Source: Clostridia bacterium (lineage in GTDB: Bacteria; Bacillota; Clostridia; UMGS1883). Taken from it: 22,897 bases of DNA. Position numbers and translations under genes: made by a program. The notes below the pieces were generated by a model that had not been told where the DNA came from, did no database searches, and saw only the letters and a program-made list of their open reading frames with translations. Position 1 is the first letter of the stretch; every line of letters begins with the position of its first letter. Where the stretch lies: positions 1-22,897 of the forward strand of contig JBJDXJ010000041.1 of the NCBI GenBank assembly GCA_051866635.1, read 5' to 3'. Positions 7,384 to 13,719 of the stretch are shown here, one piece after another.

Positions 7384-7857
7384 ATGTCAAGACAGTACAT
7401 TGCAAACACATTAAAGCGCTTGAGAGAAGCGCGCGGTCTGACTGCAAACGAAGTCGGAGTATTGGTAGGTAAGAGTGGAAAAACGGTAAACGCATGGGAA
7501 AACAACAGGGGACAGCCCGATGCAGAAATGTTAATCAAGCTGTGCGATATTTATAATGTTGAAGACATCCTCGCTGAGTTTAAAGCGGATATGATTGATA
7601 TACATTCTATCGAAAAACACGAAGCTATTACGCTTACTCCCCATGAAGAAAAAGTAATATCCTCTTACCGTAATCATCCGGAAATGCAGCCTGCGGTAGA
7701 TAAAGTTTTAGGGATAGATACACCCGAAGAAAAAATCACTGTGTTCAGGGCTGCACGCTCCGATAGCGATATTCCTTCCGGTGAAGTAGAAATGCCAAAA
7801 ACCCAATTGGATAAGCTCAAATCATTACCTACAGTAACTTCCGATGACGAAATCTAA
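7384..7857 (+). CDS. CI/ImmR-like XRE repressor without S24 peptidase domain
   Basis: LKRLREARGLT...TVNAWENNRGQPD; AAGGTGG RBS supports ATG 7384, not 7312 (which is the -35 hexamer). Confidence 0.9.
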   Translation: MSRQYIANTLKRLREARGLTANEVGVLVGKSGKTVNAWENNRGQPDAEMLIKLCDIYNVEDILAEFKADMIDIHSIEKHEAITLTPHEEKVISSYRNHPEMQPAVDKVLGIDTPEEKITVFRAARSDSDIPSGEVEMPKTQLDKLKSLPTVTSDDEI

Positions 7858-7862
7858 AAAAT

Positions 7863-7901
7863 CAAAATGGCGTTAACCGTTAGCTGGTTAACGCCATTTT
7901 G
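7863..7901. terminator. Intrinsic terminator after repressor
   Basis: 16-bp perfect stem caaaatggcgttaacc/ggttaacgccattttg. Confidence 0.85.
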
Positions 7902-7972
7902 TATATTTTTATTGCGTTTTTGTATATATTATGGTAAAATATTACCATAATCCACAATAAGGAGCTTTTATT

Positions 7973-8611
7973 ATGGAATATCTCTTCCCCTCAGCCTTAC
8001 CCTTGTCAATTAACTACATTCGTGCAATTGCTACTGTCCTTAGTTTAATTACAAGTAGCTCCCTCGTTCTCCTCATAATTTTTATTATACGAGATTTGGT
8101 TACGAAACGAATCAAAAGTTCCACCACTTTGGCTTTTTTAACCTTTTCAACCGCATTGACATCATTACTTGTGGTAAGTTTATACTGCCTGCTAAATTTA
8201 ATACCTCATGAATTCTTTAGCATTAAGCATAATATATTCGTTTCTATATTGTTTTACATCTTATCAATACCTGTATATCTTTTACTTGACGGCATTATGG
8301 ATTTTTTAGAACGAAGAGAACTCAAGTCATTTAACTTATTCGTGTGCCTTGTAGAGAACTTAGATTTTTCAAATACCCTCGTTTTTCAGTATACAAGTAA
8401 TTCATTTCGTGCTCTGCAATATTTATATATAGTCTTGGTTTTATGCTCGATCGGAACACGTATTATAGATATTTGTACGGGGCATTTATGGTCCATTCTT
8501 CTTTTACTGATAGAAGTCCATTTTACAACACGCCCTTTCCTGATGAGTGCATTCCGAAACAAGAAAAATTCTATTTCCGTTCTCAATACTTCTTCGGACT
8601 ATAACATTTAG
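7973..8611 (+). CDS. Multi-pass membrane protein, prophage cargo
   Basis: 212 aa with ~5 hydrophobic segments; AAGGAG RBS; own putative promoter (TTGCGT...TAAAAT, ~7912-7940) and terminator. Confidence 0.7.
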   Translation: MEYLFPSALPLSINYIRAIATVLSLITSSSLVLLIIFIIRDLVTKRIKSSTTLAFLTFSTALTSLLVVSLYCLLNLIPHEFFSIKHNIFVSILFYILSIPVYLLLDGIMDFLERRELKSFNLFVCLVENLDFSNTLVFQYTSNSFRALQYLYIVLVLCSIGTRIIDICTGHLWSILLLLIEVHFTTRPFLMSAFRNKKNSISVLNTSSDYNI

Positions 8612-8622
8612 CAACACCTAAA

Positions 8623-8650
8623 AAAGCCTTCCGAAATTCCGAAAGGCTTT
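8623..8650 (+). terminator. Putative intrinsic terminator
   Basis: aaagcctt...aaggcttt hairpin followed by T-rich sequence. Confidence 0.65.
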
Positions 8651-8718
8651 AACTTTTTCTTGCAATATTATATTGATATGTGTAAAATAAAGGTATAAAT
8701 TGTAAAGGCTGTGTTAAT

Positions 8719-8985
8719 ATGAAAAACTGTATCTTAATTATTTCCTGTTTGTTGGTAATCTTGTCTTTAACTGCGTGTTTCAATGGCAGCTACGAAGATG
8801 GCTATTCCGAAGGTTTCGATTCCGGATATGAAAGGGGCTATGATGATGGTTACAACGAAGGTGAAAATGCCGGATACGAAGATGGCTATGAAAACGGTGA
8901 AGAAAACGGATATTATTCAGGACTCGAGGAAGGGTACGACAACGGCTATGATGATGCTTGGTACGAATTAACCGGAGAATGTTAG
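8719..8985 (+). CDS. Acidic lipoprotein with (Y-x-x-G)n repeats
   Basis: Signal peptide plus lipobox LTAC; ~14 tetrapeptide units YEDG/YSEG/YDDG... Confidence 0.85.
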   Translation: MKNCILIISCLLVILSLTACFNGSYEDGYSEGFDSGYERGYDDGYNEGENAGYEDGYENGEENGYYSGLEEGYDNGYDDAWYELTGEC

Positions 8986-8987
8986 TA

Positions 8988-9137
8988 ATGAAAAAGTTTA
9001 CATGTCTTATAATCTTAATATTCATATGTATGACCATTCCCATTTCCGCCTGCCCTCAGGCGGCTTTTATTTTCTATGACTCCAGTAAAGTCACTTTAAT
9101 AAATTTAATATTGAGATTTTATTTCCGCATGCATTAG
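8988..9137 (+). pseudogene. Probable truncated secreted-protein gene (signal peptide remnant)
   Basis: MKKFTCLIILIFICMTIPISA starts 2 nt after the lipoprotein stop, then runs straight into a terminator hairpin; stop at 9135-9137. Confidence 0.5.
9046..9074 (+). terminator. Intrinsic terminator
   Basis: ccgcctg-ccct-caggcgg followed by cttttatttt. Confidence 0.7.
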
Positions 9138-9229
9138 GCGTTTATCGGCAGTGCTTAATCCTTATTCATTATCTGCCTCTTCGTTTCGGATCGTCCATTT
9201 GGTCTTTGCTCAACAGAAACTGCCATCAC

Positions 9230-9259
9230 AAAAAAGAGGACTCCTCCTTCGAGGAATCC
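9230..9259 (-). terminator. Intrinsic terminator of the three-gene operon
   Basis: Minus strand ggattcctc-gaag-gaggagtcc, then tctttttt. Confidence 0.75.
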
Positions 9260-9275
9260 CGCTTAGTTCAGTAAT

Positions 9276-9647
9276 TTACAATACTCGAATGCATGCATCT
9301 GCCAACTGCAAAGCTTTTAACGTGTTTATTTCTATTTGTGTAGGCGAACCGTGCACTTCAGCATGATATTGATTTCTAAAATTATGAGTCGCTATCGGAT
9401 ACGTTTCGCAATCTCTACATTCCCCTGCCGTAATTTTTACAACCCCTATAATCTTTCCAAAAAACTTATTCTTCAACACTTCCAGTATGGTCTGTTCGTC
9501 TCTTTCACCATCACGTTCAACAGATGCGCCTTTGTCATCCATAAACAATGCAGGCAAAGTTTCTCCGTCCTCGTCGAAAGAGTCTGGCATGGTAGTCAAT
9601 GCTGCACGATACAAAACTTCACTATCTTCTATGACTTTTTTATCCAT
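9276..9647 (-). CDS. Hypothetical protein, putative ADP-ribosyltransferase/RES-like fold toxin (123 aa)
   Basis: LYR...F..D..GASV...N.YHAE ordering resembles the ART R-S-E core; ATG 9647 overlaps the upstream stop by 8 nt. The ORF is solid; the fold is an inference. Confidence 0.6.
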   Translation of the reverse strand: MDKKVIEDSEVLYRAALTTMPDSFDEDGETLPALFMDDKGASVERDGERDEQTILEVLKNKFFGKIIGVVKITAGECRDCETYPIATHNFRNQYHAEVHGSPTQIEINTLKALQLADACIRVL

Positions 9648-10185
9648 TGAATTCCACCACGCCATTTATAATATTCTCGAGATATGAGTCACCTTCAAAC
9701 TGCTTAACCGTAGCCTTATTATACTGCCCCTGAGGAACATTAACCATTTCAACTCTCGTTACAGTAACTTCAAAAGCCAAAATACTACCATCAGTTTTTC
9801 GGTATTCCATATAAAGGCTGTTCCTTCCAGTTGGAGCTATTTTAGGCTGAGTCGGAACATTTTTTATAACTTCGCGAAAACGACTAATGGCTTCGGCTGT
9901 AAAAGCTCGGCCACCATTTCCATTCCAATTTTCATCAAATTCTGCCATTAAGTCTATTTTTCTCAAATTTTTTTGTTGCATTGCATCCACTACTATTTCA
10001 TTCCCCTTGATGCAGTTTTCATTACTATAACGTATGTAGTGAATTTGTTCTATATTACTTTCCTGTGCATATGTGTTAACAGGCATAATTGTCGCAACAG
10101 TTGCTACTAATAATGTTGTCAAACGAGCAACTTTAAATACATTAGGCCTTTTCGTGTCAATAACTACATTTACATTTTTACTCAT
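9640..10185 (-). CDS. Hypothetical protein with ENWNGNGG...PKIAPTG motif (candidate antitoxin)
   Basis: 181 aa, ATGA-coupled to upstream gene; hydrophobic N-terminal stretch. Confidence 0.7.
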   Translation of the reverse strand: MSKNVNVVIDTKRPNVFKVARLTTLLVATVATIMPVNTYAQESNIEQIHYIRYSNENCIKGNEIVVDAMQQKNLRKIDLMAEFDENWNGNGGRAFTAEAISRFREVIKNVPTQPKIAPTGRNSLYMEYRKTDGSILAFEVTVTRVEMVNVPQGQYNKATVKQFEGDSYLENIINGVVEFNG

Positions 10186-10595
10186 ATCTTATCTTCCTTC
10201 GCAATTCTAACAGCAATAGGAGCTGAATAAATTTCCTCTCCGTTAATGCGAATCCTTGTGAAATAAACACCTTCCGTTTGGAAATTGATATTTTTCAAAT
10301 CCCAAGACATTGTAAATGCAATTGGCAAATCCATTTCAGCATCTATGGGAGGCAGATTTACTTCTCCAGTACCAACTATATTATTGCCATCCTTTTCAGA
10401 AAATAGCAATTCAATTGTATCTTTTGATGTGAAACCTTCTTCGTTAAATACTGAAAGCATTATGGAAAAAGACAAATTCCCTGGTATGTTTTCCATTACT
10501 ATCTGAGATATTACATTTTCTGCATCAACGTGTAGTGGATTGTCTTCATGGCGTTTTACATTTGCACAATACATAAAATTTGTTACACTTGCCAT
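10182..10595 (-). CDS. Small acidic beta-rich protein (DUF6941-like)
   Basis: FMYC..V...IP...SF......F..EG.Y...I.INGE.I...PI.V pattern; GGAGGTG RBS. Confidence 0.7.
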   Translation of the reverse strand: MASVTNFMYCANVKRHEDNPLHVDAENVISQIVMENIPGNLSFSIMLSVFNEEGFTSKDTIELLFSEKDGNNIVGTGEVNLPPIDAEMDLPIAFTMSWDLKNINFQTEGVYFTRIRINGEEIYSAPIAVRIAKEDKI

Positions 10596-10675
10596 ATTAA
10601 CACCTCCTATATATGTATTGTATCATACTACTTGGTCCCTTCTCGTCCCATCTCACATGACACCTAACTACTTTG

Positions 10676-10704
10676 ATTTTACATCAATTAGACACCCATT
10701 TCAA
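10676..10704 (-). promoter_or_regulatory. Putative sigmaA promoter of the three-gene operon
   Basis: TTGAAA (10704-10699)-17-TAAAAT (10681-10676). Confidence 0.55.
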
Positions 10705-10849
10705 CTATTTTGAATAAATTTTTTTCATTTTTTATAAAATTTTAGATTTTTTTAGAACTATTGCCTAAAAAATTTTGATTTTCTTTATTTTTCTCAATCC
10801 ACTCCCTGTTTTATAAGGTACCCGGTATCATTTCACTCCATTCATTCTC

Positions 10850-10923
10850 GCAGACCACGGCACAGCTGTCCGCACTCACTCCTTCATACACCGGATGCGT
10901 TCGTTCCTCCATTCCCACTCCAT
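10850..10923. repeat. Diverged third copy of the 103-bp repeat core
   Basis: gaccacggcacagc-N8-ctcactc-N2-tcat-N5-ggatgc-N-ttcg aligns without gaps to 6415-6465. Confidence 0.8.
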
Positions 10924-11547
10924 TCAATACCTATCTTGCCTTATATAATCCTTAAAGTTTTCCCACACTTTTCTTTCAAGAGGAGATGAAAGAAACTTAT
11001 TCCTTTCATACAACACTTCCATCCGCTTCGCCCGATGTTCCGCCGCAGTTCTACTTAATCCGCAAACCTTTGCAATTTCTTCCGGGCTGTGCAATCCCAT
11101 TCCCCATAACACGCACGCAGGAGAAAGCAACCTCACAGCAAAGCTGTCCGCATCAATTTCTTCCTGTTGACGAGAGCCTTCCCCTTGAGGGGAAGGAGGA
11201 CCGCTTGCGGTGGATGAGGTGTTCAAACACGCAAATGTTCTTTGGTGAGCCCCTTTAAGCTCATGCCCAAGGAAAATATGCCCCATCTCATGGGCTATTG
11301 TAAACCGCCTCCGCCCAGGGTTTTCTTTATCATTGTACACAATATACCACTTGCCATTCTCCAGTATGCTCATTCCGCTTACACCTGCAGGCAGCATATT
11401 TGCCTCTCTATTCTTCACAATAGTAATGCCGTTATTTTTTGCAATCTGCGTAAGCGGCACAGGCAGCTCCTTTATTTCATTGTCAATCAGCACCTGCCAC
11501 GCCGCATTTCTCGCCTCTTTGTACCTGTTATACGGATTATTGTACAT
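10924..11547 (-). CDS. ImmA/IrrE-family metallopeptidase (anti-repressor)
   Basis: RRRFTIAHEMGHIFLGH (HExxH), E..AD.FA..LL.P and C-terminal HTH-like segment. Confidence 0.92.
   Translation of the reverse strand: MYNNPYNRYKEARNAAWQVLIDNEIKELPVPLTQIAKNNGITIVKNREANMLPAGVSGMSILENGKWYIVYNDKENPGRRRFTIAHEMGHIFLGHELKGAHQRTFACLNTSSTASGPPSPQGEGSRQQEEIDADSFAVRLLSPACVLWGMGLHSPEEIAKVCGLSRTAAEHRAKRMEVLYERNKFLSSPLERKVWENFKDYIRQDRY
11173..11222. repeat. REP-like GC-rich double hairpin inside the ImmA CDS
   Basis: ccttcccc-ttga-ggggaagg (11177-11196) and accgc-tt-gcggt (11200-11211), then ggatgaggtg. Confidence 0.75.
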
Positions 11548-11667
11548 AAAAAATCACCTCTACGTTAGTGTAACATAGAGGTATAAAATATATGTTTTAT
11601 ATAATTTTAAATAATATATTGATATTTAAACCAACTTTGTGTAATATAAAAATAAGAGGGTGACAAT

Positions 11668-12714
11668 ATGATAAAAAGAAAAGACGGTCGGTGGCACAAA
11701 TATATTACCGTTAGCGGACGAAGAATTTATTTTTATTCAACCGAAAAAAGTGAAACAAAAGCTGACCAGGACATTTCTCGTCAAATTCTTTTGTATAAAG
11801 AATCTCAATACAAAGAAAAACATAATTTTAAATTACTTGCTGATGCAATGCTTGAAGAAAAGGAAGCTGCTGTATCACACAGCACATATCAATCATACAA
11901 ATTTGCTCTTCTGCACCTCGCTCCATTCTTTGATAAGTATATTGAAGATATTACACCACTTATGCTTCAAAACCTGTTAGACTCTCTCGCAAAGCAGAAG
12001 TTGAGCTACTCTTCTATCCACAAATCAAAAATAACTTTCGGCTTAGTGTTAGATTACGGAATCCGTCAAGGTCTAACGCTTTCTAACTATATGCGCTCAA
12101 TTAGACTTCCCAAATCTCTATCAAAACCACATATTGCAACTCCTGCCGACGATGTTATTAAAGCAATAAAAGACTCTGTAAATACGACATCATTTGGTCT
12201 TTGGGCGTTCACACTCCTTTGCACAGGCCTCCGCCGAGGCGAACTCGCCGCCCTTCAGGTAAAAGATATTGATTTTTTTACGAACACAATCTCCGTATAC
12301 CGTTCTGTAGAGTATATTGATAACAAACCTCACCTAAAGGACTCTCCAAAAACAGCCAGCGGTATACGTAAAGTCCCCCTGCTTTCAATGCTTCGCGAAC
12401 CACTCTTTGAACATTGCAAAGAATTACCCCAGGATTACTTTGTTTTTTCCGGAGAAACTCCCTTCCTCGCCTCTACAATAGTAAACGAATGGGATAAATA
12501 CCAAAAAGAAATAGGCGTAAAAGTCAATCAACACCAATTAAGACACGCATATGCCAAACTTCTTTACCGTTCCGGTGTAGATGTCAAAACAGCTCAAGGT
12601 CTGCTTGGGCATAAAAACTTTCAGGTGACTATGGATATATACACGGAATTTGACAAAGAACTCACTACAAATTCAGCCAATAAACTAAATACATTTATGG
12701 ATACCATTTTATAA
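11668..12714 (+). CDS. int: Tyrosine recombinase / phage integrase
   Basis: TGLRRGELAAL, PKT, HQLRHAYA, LLGH and TMDIY catalytic motifs; N-terminal RKDGRW arm-binding domain. Confidence 0.96.
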   Translation: MIKRKDGRWHKYITVSGRRIYFYSTEKSETKADQDISRQILLYKESQYKEKHNFKLLADAMLEEKEAAVSHSTYQSYKFALLHLAPFFDKYIEDITPLMLQNLLDSLAKQKLSYSSIHKSKITFGLVLDYGIRQGLTLSNYMRSIRLPKSLSKPHIATPADDVIKAIKDSVNTTSFGLWAFTLLCTGLRRGELAALQVKDIDFFTNTISVYRSVEYIDNKPHLKDSPKTASGIRKVPLLSMLREPLFEHCKELPQDYFVFSGETPFLASTIVNEWDKYQKEIGVKVNQHQLRHAYAKLLYRSGVDVKTAQGLLGHKNFQVTMDIYTEFDKELTTNSANKLNTFMDTIL

Positions 12715-12740
12715 ATATTAAAGTCTTAAGTCACACTTAA

Positions 12741-12761
12741 TTTTGACACCTTTTTGACACC
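12741..12761 (+). promoter_or_regulatory. Putative integrase arm-type sites
   Basis: ttttgacacc twice in tandem (12741-12750, 12752-12761) between int and the tRNA. Confidence 0.6.
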
Positions 12762-12818
12762 CTTTAATGCGTAATTTTACATAATTTTAACTAATTTTAT
12801 ATAACAGGTATACAGAAA

Positions 12819-12866
12819 CAAAAAACACGATAAACCCCAGAAATACTGAGTTTATCGTGTTTTTTG
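12819..12866. terminator. Bidirectional terminator between int and the tRNA operon
   Basis: 17-bp stem caaaaaacacgataaac/gtttatcgtgttttttg. Confidence 0.85.
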
Positions 12867-12867
12867 C

Positions 12868-12943
12868 TGGTGAGACACGGGGGAATCGAACCCCCGACAA
12901 CTTGATTAAAAGTCAAGTGCTCTACCGACTGAGCTAGTGTCCC
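12868..12943 (-). tRNA. tRNA-Lys (TTT), probable attB target
   Basis: Cloverleaf GGGACAC...CTTTTAA...TTCGATTC...CCA. Confidence 0.96.
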
Positions 12944-12947
12944 ATAA

Positions 12948-13022
12948 TGGCTGGACCGGCGGGATTTGAACCCACGAATGCCGGAGTCAAAGTCCGGTGC
13001 CTTACCGCTTGGCTACGGTCCA
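12948..13022 (-). tRNA. tRNA-Gln (TTG)
   Basis: TGGACCG...CTTTGAC...TTCAAATC...CCA. Confidence 0.96.
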
Positions 13023-13095
13023 AAATAAAAGAGCGTGCATCGCTCAGGACCGGTTTGCGGTAATCCCGGTAAAACCGGTTTCCAATTTTAACAAG

Positions 13096-13173
<78 letters not shown>

Positions 13174-13208
13174 ATATATCAGTGTGAAAAAACACCAATA
13201 AATAAAAA

Positions 13209-13285
13209 TGGCGTGCCTGCGGGGACTCGAACCCAGGACCTACTGCTTAGAAGGCAGTTGCTCTATCCAGCTGAGCTACAGGCAC
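13209..13285 (-). tRNA. tRNA-Arg (TCT)
   Basis: GTGCCTG...TTCTAA...TTCGAGTC...CCA. Confidence 0.96.
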
Positions 13286-13289
13286 GTAT

Positions 13290-13363
13290 TGGAGCGGGTG
13301 ATGGGAGTCGAACCCACCTAACCAGCTTGGAAGGCTGGAATTCTACCGATGAACTACACCCGC
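13290..13363 (-). tRNA. tRNA-Gly (TCC)
   Basis: GCGGGTG...TTCCAA...TTCGACTC...CCA. Confidence 0.96.
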
Positions 13364-13392
13364 AAATCACCTTTACTTCAAGGACCTTTGTT

Positions 13393-13421
13393 ATTATAGC
13401 AAATGTGATTGGTTTTGTCAA
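13393..13421 (-). promoter_or_regulatory. Consensus sigmaA promoter of the tRNA operon
   Basis: TTGACA-17-TATAAT with extended -10 TG. Confidence 0.9.
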
Positions 13422-13441
13422 GATATTTTAATCAAAATTTT

Positions 13442-13522
13442 CTATTTTTCGTTTGCTGAAATTAACCCCATAATTACGGCACCAAATAAGGTCCCACCTG
13501 AAAATGCAAGAAAATATAACAA
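13442..13522 (-). CDS. Putative small membrane peptide (26 aa, DUF3789-like)
   Basis: TTG start after AAGGGGTG; MLYFLAFSGGTLFGAVIMGLISANEK. Confidence 0.45.
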   Translation of the reverse strand: MLYFLAFSGGTLFGAVIMGLISANEK

Positions 13523-13650
13523 AAGCAACACCCCTTAATATAATATTCCCATACGGTTAAATTGTTTCTTAACCTTTAAGATTTTATACATAAAAAGTGA
13601 TTTGTTTTCTCTTTGCATAGTTTTTGTATGGATTGCATACCTTATCACTC

Positions 13651-13689
13651 AAAAATCGGAAGAAAGGCTATCCCCTTCTCCCGATTTTT
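13651..13689 (-). terminator. Terminator after glmS
   Basis: aaaatcgg(a)agaa...ttctcccgatttt hairpin. Confidence 0.7.
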
Positions 13690-13719
13690 GTTTTAAATTA
13701 ATGCAAAACAGTTTATGCT

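Larger units (their letters stand above)
1..12880. mobile_element. Prophage, integrase-proximal end (continues beyond left edge), integrated at tRNA-Lys 3' end
   Basis: Tyrosine integrase ~150 bp from a tRNA 3' end; divergent HTH pair with operators; ImmA-like protease; dense co-oriented small phage-type genes. The second att copy is not in the window, so the right boundary is approximate. Confidence 0.9.

Noticed and set aside
10658-10696. gacacc hexamers resembling the integrase arm repeats
   Set aside because: Only 6-7 bp, not tandem, expected by chance.
13615-13645. Sporulation sigma-like promoter (gcata...catac)
   Set aside because: No credible plus-strand gene downstream and the motif is too degenerate.
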